NCBI GenBank assembly: GCA_976551045.1
Contig: CDPCPM010000056.1
Location: 21,762,001 to 21,826,000 of the forward strand
Source: Glaucostegus cemiculus
Lineage: Eukaryota
Direction of reading: 5' to 3'
Length of the DNA stretch: 64,000 nt
Both the position numbers and the translations under genes were made by a program. Of this stretch, positions 48,751 through 61,949 are shown piece after piece. The notes below the pieces were generated by a model. It had not been told where the DNA came from and did no database searches. It saw only the letters and a program-made list of their open reading frames with translations. Position 1 is the stretch's first letter. Every line of letters begins with the position of its first letter.

Positions 48751-49784
48751 TGATTCCATTAATTTCCAATTTTGTACAGGAGAGTTCATCCATACACATG
48801 CTGTGGATTTAATACAGGATTTCCTCCCAACATTAGACTCGATAAGTTACTTAATATTAATAATAAGCCAGCATCCCCTTCCATCCAGAGAGATGTGCCT
48901 GTTTCATTAATTCAGAGTTCCTTAGATCTCTTTGGGTTATACTAAAAATACATTCACAATTCTTTGTATATTTCTGGATAGTTTTATACTCTGAAGAAAT
49001 ATTGGATAATTGTATGGTTCAATTTGCTTTGAACAATGTTCTAGTGAAGCCTTGCCCATGAAACTTCTCTGAAACACGACTGAGGTCCACCCGAGCATTC
49101 AAATTTGCCAGGGTTTTTAAATGTCCCTGGGGTCTTGCTACACTTCATAGGGAGCCTGCCAAATGCAGAGAATCAGGTTGAAGTGTAGGCAGTTGGAGAC
49201 AACATCAAGCCACATCAAACTCAATTAGGTCCAATTTTGCTGGGTTTTGCCAGCATGACCAGGACTTCCATTCATACTTGTGATGAAGCTCAGTCTTGCT
49301 CAGATCCCCTATGTATGCTGTGAGACAATGAACTCTTGACCTTGCAGCAGTTCAAACTTAGCACAAGATTTGTACCCTCACTGACTTCATTGGGGACCGT
49401 TGTATTGAGGGGAAGATTGATAATTAAAAACACAAAAGAAACCACACTCTTGTATTTGTCAGATAATTTTATGAAAAAAAAAGTTTTTTTACGTGGCTCT
49501 AAATGTCAGAGATATTCAGAAAAATTTAAAAACCTAATAGCTTTGGCAGCCAGGAAAACTGGGAGTTCAGTTATATTACTTTTTCAGGAAAGTTTCATCA
49601 GTGGGGCTTCAAGCTCTTCTACTTCTCAGGCTTCATCACTGAAGTCAGGGTTGCTTTAAGCAATCTTAGTAGACCCTCTAGATCCAGACCAAGAATTTGT
49701 GCATGGGGTGATCATAGATTGTGAGCCTGTGCCAGCTAAGTATAGCCTAATGTTCCAGGTACACACTTCTCTTCAGGACTGGCC

Positions 49785-49905
49785 CTGACCATTCATCAGC
49801 ATTTGAAATGTTAACTAATCTGATCTCTCATAGATGCTGTTTGGTCTGCTGAAAGGATGCTATCAGTTTTGTTGATGTTTCAGATCTTTAGTACTTGCAT
49901 TGTTT
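49785..49905 (+). mobile_element. Penelope-like terminal fragment (collapsed inverted pair)
   Basis: TTCATCAG (minus-strand CTGATGAA) lies next to TGAAATGTTAACT..CTCTCATAGATGCTG..TCTGCTGA..TTTCAGAT. Confidence 0.55.
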
Positions 49906-50425
49906 TACTCTTTGCTTACCTATTGATAGATGACCCTCTACCAATAATAGCCTGATTCACATACAAGGCATCACAGAACTAATCGGCTAAAATATACTGA
50001 GAAACACCAACAAATATGCAAGTACCAAACATTGTTGCTCTTTTCTGTAGTTTTGTTATTGTGTCTGTGATGTTGGACTTCTTACGACAGCCATGACGTT
50101 ATTGAATGATGGAGCAGACTTGATCTTCTTGTGCTCCTGTTTCTTATATTCTCAATCCTTCTCTGTCCTACTCTGCCATCACTCTAATTTATTCTTCTCG
50201 AGGGCAGATAGCAAATGGCAGAATCATCAATACCTTCTGTTTGATTCCCAAAGATCAGTTTTGTTTGCTTTCAAATTCAATTTCTTTAATACAAAATTAA
50301 TTTAAACTGAGGACAGAAACATCTTTACTACCTTCATGTCCATTTTAAAATACGAACTGGACTTCAAAAGGTATTTCATCAGAAGGAAAGAACCTCAGAA
50401 TGTCCTCTGGCTATGAAAGTTGCTG

Positions 50426-52140
50426 TATAGAACAGCACAGTTTGGGCCCCTCAGCCCATGATGTTGTGACAAACTATATGAACACTTACTCCATGATCAT
50501 TTGAACCTTTCCCTCCTTCACAGCCCATAACCCTCCATTTTTCTTACCACCATGTGCCTACCTAAAATCCTTTTAAATATCCCGATTGTATCAGCCTCTA
50601 CAACCACCGCTGACAGTACATTCCAGGCACCCATCACTCTCTGACCTCTGACATCTCCCGAATATTCCTCCTCTGACTTAAATGGATGCCTCTAGTTTGC
50701 CTTTTGCTACCCTGGGGAAAAGCTACTGGCTGTCCACTCTATCTTTGCCCTTCATAATCTCATCCACCTCTATCAAGTCGCCTCTCATCCTCCATTGCTC
50801 CAAAGAGAAAAGCCCAAGCTCGCTCAACCTTTCCTCATAAGACCTGTTCTCTAATCCAGGCAGCATCCTGGTAAATCTCCTCTGTACCCTCTCTACAGCT
50901 TCCACATCCTCCCTATAATGAGGTGACCAGAAATGAACACAATACTCCAAGTGTGGTCTTACCAGAGTTTTATAGAGCTGCAATATTACCTCGCGGCTCT
51001 TGAATGCAATCCCCTGACAAATGAAGGCCAGCACACCATACGCCTCTTAACCACCCTATCAAATTGCCTGGCAACTTTGACGGATCTATGGACTTGGACC
51101 CCAAGATCCCTCTGTTCCTCCACACTGCTCAGGACCCTGCCATTGACCTTGTACTCTGCCTTCATGTTCGTTCTTCCAATGTGTATCACTTCATACTTTG
51201 CCGGATCGAACTCCATCTGCCACTTCTCCATTCAACTCTGCATCCCATCTGTACCTCATTGTAACCTATGACAACCTTCTACACCATTCACAGCACCTCC
51301 AACCTTTGTGTCATCTGCAAACTTACTAACCCATTCCCCCACTTCCTCATCTAAATAATAAAAGTCACAAAGAGCAGGGGTCCGAGAACAGATCCCTGTG
51401 GAACTGCAGTCGTCACTGACCTCCAGGCAGAATATTCTCCATCTACCACCACCAATTCCGAAACCATGCAGCCCAGTCTCCATGGATCCCATGCCTCATG
51501 TCTTTCGGGATGAGCCTACCACAGGGAACCTTGTCAAACTCCTTACTAAAGTCCACCACTCTACCTTCATCAATTTATTTTGTCACCTTCTTGAAAAACT
51601 CAATTAGGGTTGTGAGGTACAAGTTGCCCCTTACAAAGACACGCTGATGGTCCCTAATAAGATTATACTTCTCCAAATGCTCGTAAATCCTGTCGCTAAG
51701 AATCCTCTCCAATAGCTTGCCACCACTGACATAAGACTCACTGGTCTACAGTTCCCAGGATTAACCCTATTACCTTTCTTAAACGAGGGAACAACATCTG
51801 CCATCCTCCAATCATCTGGTATCACTCCTGTGGCCAGGCAGGATGCAAATATCATCGACAATGCCCCATCAATCTCTTCCCTCGCCTCCCGTTATAACCT
51901 CGGGTATATCCCACCTGGTCCCAGGGACTTATCTATCCTAATGATTTCCAGAAGCTCCAACACTATCTCTTCTTTAACATCAACATGTTCCAGCACATTA
52001 GCCTGTTCTATGTTGACCTCATATTCATCAAATTCCTTCTGAACCAGAGTATTCATTAAGGACCTCCCCTACCTCCAGTCAAGTTTCTCCCTTTCTTCCT
52101 GAGTGATCCTCTCCTCACTCTAATTACATAATGCTAGTCT
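50426..52140 (-). mobile_element. CR1 (HER1-like) LINE, 5'-truncated, disrupted ORF2
   Basis: Minus-strand ORFs [45 protein letters not shown] and LYKTLVRPHLEYCVHFWSPHY. Reversed tail TATAGAACAGCACAG..GGCCCCTCAGCCC. Confidence 0.95.
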
Positions 52141-53869
52141 TCATTATGTTACGTTCTCAATTTTCTCTCATTGTTAAAATCTGGATCACAGGTATAAACC
52201 AGCTGTATTGCCAACAAAACATGGGTGAGATATTAGATGGCTTTAAAATTCAACTGGTGTTTTATTTGAAAGCCGATTTAATGTTATGTGAAGAAAGATA
52301 TATAATCTCTTTCTTGGTTCTCTCAGTTTGTCCTTCCTGGCTCATGAGCTGCAGCATCTCTATCTTTCAGTCTAAAGTTGATAATGGTACAACTGGTATA
52401 TAATAAGAAAGTGGTCAACTAGTTACAGAAATAAGAAGGGGAAAGAAAATAGCTGAAGAAAAGCAGCATCTAGATTTGTAGCAATGAAACTTAATGAGAT
52501 AGAATACTCACAAAAGGATTAATGTTTGTGGCATAGTCATTGTAAATTGATGAAGCAGTAGGTTGCATTCATTATGTAAATCCATAATCCATTGCTACCA
52601 GTGTAGAGGTTCCATACTGATATCTACAATAATTATGTTGGCATTGATCTAATATTTTCACACATCTCTAGTAATCACAATTTTGTTTTAAAAATATACC
52701 GGTTCACAGTTTCAATGTGGTAGTGCTAGTAAAATTAAATCTTCATCCATGTGTCACAGTAGTACCCAAAAATACTCAGAATGTACCCAAAAATAGTTGA
52801 TCATTATGCACAATTCAACTATTTCCATTGCAGGTAGGACATTAATTTGGTGCCACATGCTCTGTTTACCTGAAAGCCTGAGCAGTCAGCAGTAACTGCA
52901 CTACTCACTGCCCTATTACTCCAAAGGGGAATCAACAAAGCAAGTGTAAGCAACTGTTAAAGTGAGCCTGCACAACTGAATGACAGCATCCACCTCTTAA
53001 AGGGAAGGTGTATTGGCTGCAAATAAAGCTGACCTTGGAAGCATTCAAGAATTGCGTAATTTGAGATAAAACAGTGCCATGGTTTTCCACTGCTGCACTA
53101 GAGATCTTGAGAATGGAGTGTCCCTGCTAGGGGTTAGCAGGCTCCCTAGATCCACAAACAAAATGGCAGCTGGAGAATGCAGTTGTTAAGGTCAGGACTG
53201 GATACAATAAGTCAATGAATTCAAAAACCTCAAGCATGGTCAAGATCAGAGAATGCATTTTGAAATGCCATATCCCACTAACTTTAGGGTTTGCCTCTCA
53301 CCCTCATCATTCAATTACCAACAATCTCTGTCAGTCAAAATTCATATCCCATATTTATGTATTTCAACACATTTCACAGCATAAAACTATAGTAAGCCTC
53401 ACAGTGAATCTCACAACTTGCACATCACCCAGTCACATTGCATGAACCTGATAGAAACACTCCCTGCTCCGCAGGACAAAGAGACAGCAGCAGCTATCTG
53501 GTAGGACAAAGGGAAGCCGCATAATCTCATTGCATTGGACGAGAGTGACTGGCCTTTAGAATCTATGACCAGTTGTGGCTCCAGAATGATAGAAGACTAT
53601 TTTCTTATATCTGGTCATCCTTTCCACATTCCACTTAAGCTTGTTCCACAACGTTTACTGATTTGTAACCTGAAAATATTGTTCTTTATTACTTTTTCCA
53701 TTATGTAGACATTGACGCAAAGCCAGCATTTATTGCCCATTCCTACTTTCCTGAGAGAAGGTGATGGTGAGCTGCTGCCTTTATCCATTTTTGTAACATC
53801 TTGGCTTCCAGCCTGGAAATTCAGTCATTTTCTTTAAATGGTTCACAGTGCACTGCTAGTTGATGAGAC

Positions 53870-54540
53870 TTTTAATTCTCGAGTGGATGGTAAAAAAATC
53901 GAACAGGAAAGCAAAGAGCTAATTAAGTAATGTTAGATTGGGAGGTGTTGATGTGCAAAGAGACCTGGGTATTCATCTAAACTAGTGACTGGAAGTAAAC
54001 ATATTGATGCAGAAAGTACTTAAAAAGGCAAATAATATGATGCCCTTCATAGGAAGGGATATGAGTACAAGAGCAAGGATATCTTGCTACAGTTGTACAC
54101 AGCCTTGGTTAGACCACACTTGGGGTAATGCGTATATTTTTGATCTTCTTACTCACAAGAGCATAAACCTGCTATAGAGGTAGTGCAAGGAAGCTCCATC
54201 AGATTAATTCCTAGAATGATGAGATTGCAGATGGGAGAGAGAAGATCAACTGGGTTCATATTCACTAGAGTTCCAAAGAATGAGAAGAGATCTAACTGAA
54301 ACTTAAAAAATTCATGCAGAGAAAGGCAGACTGATTGCAAAGAGGATGCTTCCCCTGGCTGGGATATCTAGAATGAGGAATCTCAATCTCAAATTACAGA
54401 TTTAGGACTGAGATCAGGAGAAATCACTTCTCTTAGAAGATGGTGTTCTCTACCACAAAGGGCTGCAATGGCCAAGTTGCTGAATATATTTCAGAAGAAG
54501 ATAGAAAAAGTATAGATAGGAAAGGCATCAAATGACTTAA
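53870..54540 (+). mobile_element. Old CR1 LINE 3' fragment
   Basis: GTGCAAAGAGACCTGGGT (QRDLG), GAGTACAAGAGCAAGGAT and GCCTTGGTTAGACCACACTTG (ALVRPHL). Confidence 0.85.
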
Positions 54541-54619
54541 ATAGTATATGTTACTTAAGAAGGAATTTGTATTTAGTGAAAGTGGAAATATGTTTCCAAA
54601 AAGAGAGGTGTCCCTCACT

Positions 54620-54720
54620 TAAATAAAACAGAAAATGTTGACAATACTTAACAGGTCTGGCATTTTCTGTTTTCATTTCAAACTTGCAACCTCTGGAGTT
54701 TTATTTTGCTTTTGTATGCT
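54620..54720. mobile_element. Penelope-like termini in inverted arrangement, centre deleted
   Basis: AAAACAGAAAATG-23 nt-CATTTTCTGTTTT followed by CATTTCAAACTTGCAACCTCTG. Confidence 0.6.
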
Positions 54721-54734
54721 GTTCCTCGCTGATG

Positions 54735-55030
54735 TAGAACCACATAGAAATTACAACATAATGCTCCACCGGAGCCACCTACTCCTACCATTTCTAATCT
54801 ATCTACATTTCTTTCTTTTTTTTCACCCCCATGTACTTATCTAACTTACAGTTGCACTTACGTTATTCACTTGAACTATTCCATGTAGATGCACAGTTTG
54901 ACTACTTTCAAACTGACAAAAGGTTCCTCCTGAATTCTTTGTTGAATATATTAGTGACCATGGTATACTTATGATCCATAGTTTTGAACTTCTCCACATG
55001 TGGGAAGATCTTCTCCATATTTACCCCATT
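54735..55030 (-). mobile_element. CR1 3' tail fragment
   Basis: CCACATAGAAATTACAACA is a reversed tail. GGTTCCTCCTGAATTCTTTGTTGAAT..TTAGTGAC is homologous to 63780-63830. Confidence 0.6.
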
Positions 55031-55769
55031 ATTTAAAAAAAAATCAACCTTCAGCTGAGGGATGCACAATTAGGTATCATGCCATTTCTATTTATACCTT
55101 TTTAAAGGGAAATTAGATAAATATGTGTTGCATTGGGCTTTCAGCAGAGAATAAAGCAGTGAAACCTGCTCTGTCAAATCGTAACAAAATTCTCAACCAA
55201 TGCTTCATATGGGAATGCATGGTATGGATTAGTGGGAATTTACAGTTATCCTTGTTTTGATTCAGATATGAGGAACCCTTTATAAAATTACCATTTTAGT
55301 AATTTATCTTTTTACTACTCTTCAATCAGTGCAGTCTAATAATATTCATTGTCTTAATAATAATCATATAATAACAAATCTCTGAAGTTCTAATGTTATA
55401 AAATTGTATTTTTCATCAGTAGAACAAAGTGATTTTCACACACATTTGTCAGGCTGGCTAAAGGATCACTGAGTGCAAGATGTTCACTTATAGCAAGCTG
55501 TAGGACCACAGTATAGAGTGGTCGAGGCTTTCTCTTTTTGTTGACAATTGATGGTGACTTAAGGAGAGAAAAAAAATAAAAATCCTTATTTGTTGTCAGG
55601 CTGATTTTAGTCTTAACACATGATGCTAACTGCAGGATGGAATAATTTTTATTTGCAGTAACTCCAATGGTTTTTTTTCCCATTGGTTATTAGTACCTCT
55701 GGTTAATTTCCTATTCTTCCAGTAATATATCTCATGATTGTCACTTCCTTGCTGTATTGAGAGAGATCT

Positions 55770-56010
55770 TGATTCTGTTCTTTCAATGAGATGTCAAACT
55801 AAGTTGTCTGCTTGTTAAAGTAAATGTTCAAAGAAAAGTAAAAAGCTCTGTTGGTGCCTTGGCCAACAATTCCTCCTCAGCTATGATACAAAAAAACAGA
55901 TTACCTTGGAATATATTTCATTGCTGTTGTAAGATCTCATTGCATGCCAAATGCAGCATCCTTACACTTCAAAGTCATTCACTTTTTAAAACCTATTAGG
56001 GAGCTTGGTA
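55770..56010 (+). mobile_element. DeuSINE relic
   Basis: CTTTCAATGAGATGTCAAAC..CTTGGCCAACAATTCCTCCTCA..AAACAGATTA..TTTCATTGCTGTTG..TACACTTCAAAG. Confidence 0.7.
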
Positions 56011-56179
56011 GGTTCAAATCCCTAATTTCTCAGGTGATTTAACACAATACTTTGTTGTGTTTTATTTAACTTGTATTTTGATATGCAAAGCTTCAAAATT
56101 ATGCTCTGTAGGCAAGGAAGATTGCACACAGATAACCAATGTTCCACAGGGGCACTCACCTCACCACCCCCCAACCACA

Positions 56180-57000
56180 TTGTCACATGAACATCAGTCA
56201 TTCGTGGCAGCTGGAGAAGAGGAAACCAAGACGGAACTTGGTGTTTTTGTGGCAGCTGACTTCAAGGCACTAATGTCCAGCAATAGATATTTTCACATGT
56301 CCATATTAATTACATTCATTTGGAAAAATGTTATGAGGCTCGTTAATTTTGGTGAGAAACCGAACAATTGTAAGTCTTTAATATATAAAAATATAGTTTG
56401 TGGTTTATTAATACTCAGAAAAGCTTTTTTATTACATAACTGCATTTGTTAATGAATCAATTAATTGGCTTTTCGCTCGAGGATAAGTGAAATAGCCAGC
56501 TCAGATGCATTGCTTTTGTGGCAACACATTTCAAATGACAAGTACTAGATGCAAGGGAGGAAATCATCATTACTTCAAGATGGTAAATTGGCTATGTGCT
56601 TACACACCAGAGAAAAAAACTAAAAAAAATCATGTAAAAAAAGTAGAGATAAATATTGGCTCATTTCTTATGTAATTAGTAACTTCCTTATCCTCTGTTG
56701 TAATGGTGTGCAGGCTGTAATGTTTAATTACTGGTTAAATGAAACCCAAATTTTATAATGGATAAAGTGACAACACTGACGGTGATGGCTTGAAAGGGGC
56801 GCATTGTTCAGCAACTGATGAAGGCAACGATTATTCAGCTGTGCGTCGCGCGAAGAAAATGAAAATGACAAATGAACTGCAGCTAATTAGACAAATCATA
56901 CAGACTAGCTGATGATTCTTATCTCTGCTGACTAATGAAGCAAGCCTGCTAGCCTATGATAGATTAATTGTGATTTCTCTAAAGGGAGGGTATGTTTTAT
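56180..57000. promoter_or_regulatory. Strongest candidate conserved non-coding element cluster
   Basis: TE-free, with retained CpGs (GTGCGTCGCGCGAAG, GACGG, GCTCGAG), repeated GTGGCAGCTG E-boxes and TAATTA palindromes. Inference only. Confidence 0.45.
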
Positions 57001-57956
57001 AAGCTAGGCTATATAATACAAATGTACAAATTTCCCACAGAACTATAAACCCACTTTAGCAGGCATATTGATTTACAAAACCTTTAACCCTTTCAGAATT
57101 TAATTGGTTAGGAAACTACCACAGGAGGGTGACAAATGCAAGAGAAACATAAACTAGATTTCAATTACCACACACTGCCACTTAATATTTTTATTTAAAG
57201 TTAATACATTGCATATATTTATTAAAATGCCCTTACCTAATAATCCAAATGTATAATAACCCAGTTTTGAGTTTGTAATCTGGAAATTATATTTAAAATA
57301 GTTTTAATGTCCATAGAATCATGGAAAATTTATGATGCAAAAGACCATTCAGCCCATCGTACATAATACAAAAGTTATTGATGACAGTGCAGTAGCGCAT
57401 CGTTAGCTTTTTATCTGCAACATATAAATGTTTTTCGTGCCCTCAGTGCATTGTGGAGGATGTAGTAATATCACTACCAACTTCAGGAGAGTCCCAAGGG
57501 TCAGAAGAGTGTACAGCTTCTGTCATGAATACTGTAATTTAGGCCATGAAGATGTTACGTTCAACAAGAATAGGTCATCTAGGAAAAATGAATGCTTTAC
57601 CTCCCTCCTGTTGGTGCCAATAGGTGAATCAGCACATTCAAGATTTAGCAGAATCATTTGGTGACACTACAAATGGAGGCACAACTCTACATCCAACCTG
57701 TTGACGTTCACTAGGAACAATAACAGTCATTCAGAGAACAAATGGAAATAACACTAGACTAGAGAAAGACTTACTTTGGTTTATTGCCAAGGATAAACAG
57801 GTTATAGCTATTGGAGAAGCTGGATATGTATAAAATGGGCACAGGGTGGTAGTATATGGACCACATACTCGCATACTGCCCATTTTCTGTCAAACCAAAG
57901 GACACATGGGTATGATTCTGGAGAAATCTTCTGGTTACTTTGATGGTAACATACTA

Positions 57957-58182
57957 TCTCAGAGCTAGAAAGTTGTAATTGTTAATGAGGTCTTTACATG
58001 TGGAGAAACCTCCTGATTCTTCTTGCTTGACAATAACTTACTGGAGACCATCGTATGTAGTCTCAGAGCTAGAAAGTTGTAATTGTTAATGAGGTCTTTA
58101 CATGCGGAGAAACCTCCTGATTCTTCTTGCTTGACAATAACTTACTGGAGACCATCGTATGTAGTCTCAGAGCCAGAAAGTT
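57957..58182. repeat. 104-bp tandem duplication (2 copies plus an 18-bp third start)
   Basis: TCTCAGAGC(T/C)AGAAAGTT starts at 57957, 58061 and 58165. The two full units differ at one site that I can see (ACATGTGG vs ACATGCGG). Confidence 0.97.
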
Positions 58183-61100
58183 ACCCACCTGGAATTTCCA
58201 ATGAGTAATCAAACTGTGAGGGATCATTGTTATGGCATAGATGGGGATTCTTGCAGGACTGGAATTCAATTCTTGGAACTGATATTGTTACAAAATTTAG
58301 AGCTATTTAAGTCATGGCATTCCTGAGTTTTGAAAACAGTGTCTGTTCACCTAATTAACTATTCCCCTCAATTTCATGAAATCTTTCAATTTGTTTGTTA
58401 TCTGTGCACCCTGTTAAAATCATTTAATTTTTTTTTTATAATAAATAGTATACTTTCACTCGCATTATTCAAAGAATTCCAGCTTTATTTATGAGGAAGG
58501 ATTGTCTGTGTTCTGTTTGGCAAATGTTGTTACTTCCTTTTTTCCCATGTGCTATCTTCTGGAACTAACCAATGCAAATCTCCTTTGTCATCTTGCAGGC
58601 ATTCATGCCTGTGCATTTCAATCTGAAATTCAACATCCTTATTGATCTGCCTACATTTGACTAAATGAGTAGAGCTACAAAATTTGTTTGCTTTTTAATA
58701 CTATATGCAACAAGCTGCAGATATTTTCAGTGGAAAGTATAATACACCTACTTGATTTTTTTAAAATATGCCTTACTTAAAAATTACTGGCAACTCATAA
58801 CTACCTTGAAGAGCACAAGATTACAAATTTGGTTTCTTATATATTTATCTTAAAAACTAATATTGGAGTTATGAATCTCAATTTTGGCAAACTTGACTTT
58901 GCAAATTAAGTTTAATGATACAGGTTTAACTTATTTTCCATTCTATGAACAGAATTTTTAATAGTTTGTATCATAGAGTTTTATATAATGAGTCAATAAC
59001 TCCTCCTTATGGAATCAAAATCACTGTAATAAATGTCATGTTTTAAGAAAGCATTATTGCTTAATGACTAGATTGGTATATAAGCCTAAATTCAAACTGG
59101 TGTGCAGAAAAATCCATGCAAAATGATTATACTCAAATGTCCAGTAGATAACCTGAAGAAGGACTATACCTTTTAAATTTCAACTGTGCAACCATACTCA
59201 CCACCACCCTCCCCACCCTATCCCATGGAAGCCAAAGACTTGGTTTCCCAGAATGTACTTAGTGAATTACAGACTTATACCACCAGATTACTAATCAGCA
59301 TAATTTTTGGTTGGAACTATAATCATATTTTATATTTCTTCAACAAGTTTTCTGTCTTTGTATAGATGAAATATGTTTGTTAAAATACCAGGGAAATGTG
59401 GTTAAACTGAAGCGATCTTTAGCTATTTCATCGGCAAAATAAATGTATATTATTCTCTAGGATGCACCAAAACCTAAGATAAAAATTACTAAAGCTCATC
59501 TAAATGATGTAATTCCATCCTTTAAAACAAAAGATTCCATTTAAACTTTGCTTTTCACTCACAGCATTCATCCATAAATATTTTACAGTAGTTACAATAT
59601 TTTAAAATACAAAAGCCTTTACACATTCCTAAACTACAGTACAATAATGCTGAAGTGTTCTTTTAAGATTTATAATAACCAGGCAGAGAGGTTTGAGACC
59701 AATAAAAATTAGTCCAATGATGTGAATTTGTTTTAAATATACTGAGGCACTGAAAGCTGTTAGAAATCTGCCTGTTAAGGTTTAGGGTTACTAACTAAAT
59801 ACACCAAACTGTAAACTTATATAAATATGTATTATAAATTAATGAATCCTAGCATTGGAGCTTATACAATTGGCAGCATTTGTAAAGCTGTCAATGTTGT
59901 TGAAACTGAGGAAAGTGATTTTCTGGACATGATCACCAAGGTTGCAATTATCCAGAATTGGATTCTGATTTAAAAATGGGTTTTAATAGATTTGAATTAT
60001 TGCAATAGTTGCTTAAATGTAGGCCACAAGAAAGCCAGCTATGTCTTTTTTTAAAGGGAGGTACTGTGTAGATGTTGATATATAGCCTACTTAGACTGGC
60101 TCAATGAGATGGTGCTTTTCTTAAAGAGCAGTTAGTTTTAGTTGTCTAAAAGATACCAGGGACCCTTTTTATTGTTTCTCAGCTGATTCATTTATCTTTT
60201 AATCTGTCCATTCATTTATTTAAGCATTCAATTCATCCATGGTCTGCAGAGCAGAAAAAAGGTCATTTGACAGCCACTTTTATTGGTCTAAAATCTCCCT
60301 GCCTGGTTATTATAAGTCTTAAAACAGTACTTCAAGATTAATGTACTGTAGGTAAGAACTATTTAAAGGCTTTTTGCATACTGAATTTTTATAATAATAC
60401 TGTTACCTACTGTTTAATATCTAAGGATGAATGTTTTGAGTGAAAAGTATAATCCACAAGGAATCTCTATAAACAATTGACCAAATTTCCTTGATATTCT
60501 GTGGCATTATTTACAAATCTATTTCATTTATCAATTCATTTGATCTTTACAAGGACAGACAACCTGTTAGAGAGAAACATAAAGTGTGGTCATAATTCCT
60601 ATCAGAAACAATTTTGACCAGATCTGGTGTTATTATTCCCATGATTTTCAGGGCAGTAACCAAGAAACCAAAGTCTTTGGGTTACAGGGAAGAATGTAGT
60701 TACAAAACTGAAAATTAAGGGAAATAACTGTAAGGCACCACCAGGAGTCAAATATATTGTTTAATCTGACCTCAGCCCACCCGACAAGCAAGAAACTGAC
60801 AAAATGACAGATCTTGATTCTGTGGGTGGTGATGCAAGACCACTCTTAGTTTATACAGCAAATTAACTGTTTAATTCTGACAATGAACGAGTTACTCTCT
60901 CTGAATAAATACTTATAATGGCAAAACTATTGAGAATTGATCATAATTTTTGCTGGAAATTCTTTTACGTAATACAGGAGATAAAGCCTCCATTAAAGTA
61001 TTGATAATGTCAAAGAATGATGTCCTAAAAATTTTTTTTGGCATCATTCATTATCATATCTCTTTCCTTATCCACCTCCACCCTAAAGTGATTGGAAGAG

Positions 61101-61949
61101 TCCATCACTTCAGGATTATCCAACAGATGCATTTACCTTAGATTTATTGAAAGGAGAAAGTGATATTAAGAGCCAATTTTATTTAGAAAGCTTTAATTTT
61201 TCTCCAGCCACATTTGAACTCAATTTTTGTTCCATTTTAAGTGCTACTGTATCACATGCCCCTTCTACTCATCAGGTAGTCACTGGAAATGACAGAAGAA
61301 CAAGTCAAGAAACTCATCCAATTTATTCCCATTTGAACAGAGGTGAAGTATTTTTCACCCGTCACTTTCTCCCAAATTGCCCAATCGAGATTGCATGCCG
61401 GATTCATACAAAAATTAATTCATTTTAAAAACTACATATCAAGTTAAGATTGTTTGCAATGAATTTTATTTCAGTTGCACATCAACATGTAAACTTTGAG
61501 AAGCGTTGTGACCCAGGAGGAGTGACATCTGTAGTTTCCTTCTACGCTGGGCCAAAAGGAATTTGCAGGCTCAACTTCATATGCAGTTTAGAGAGATTAG
61601 CTATAATTGAACAACTAGGGTCTTGTGTCTAATTTATACCTTTCATTTTTTGTATTAAATGTTATGTTACTTTTAAAAATAATTATCAATGTGATAGACA
61701 TCAATATTGGAATCAATTTTTTTCTACTTTTGAGTCACCAGTTAAATTTTGTTTCCAAGTGAGGTTACAGCATGCCAGATGGTATCTGAACTATTCCCTA
61801 ACAATATGTGTTATTTTCAAGTTCAAACCCCAACTTGCATCTGAGTACACTCACATGCACACTCTTGTGTTTCCCACACCAACTATCCTTGTGACATTTT
61901 TTATCATGATTTTGAATTTTATTCAAATGATTTCATTTTTTAAGCTCCT

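Noticed and set aside
52762-52795. GTACCCAAAAATA repeated at short spacing, and (CCT)n near 46945
   Set aside because: Ordinary slippage-type micro-duplication and microsatellite.
57957-58182. Repeat-spacer-repeat pattern as a CRISPR array
   Set aside because: The spacers are identical copies, the context is vertebrate, and there are no cas genes.
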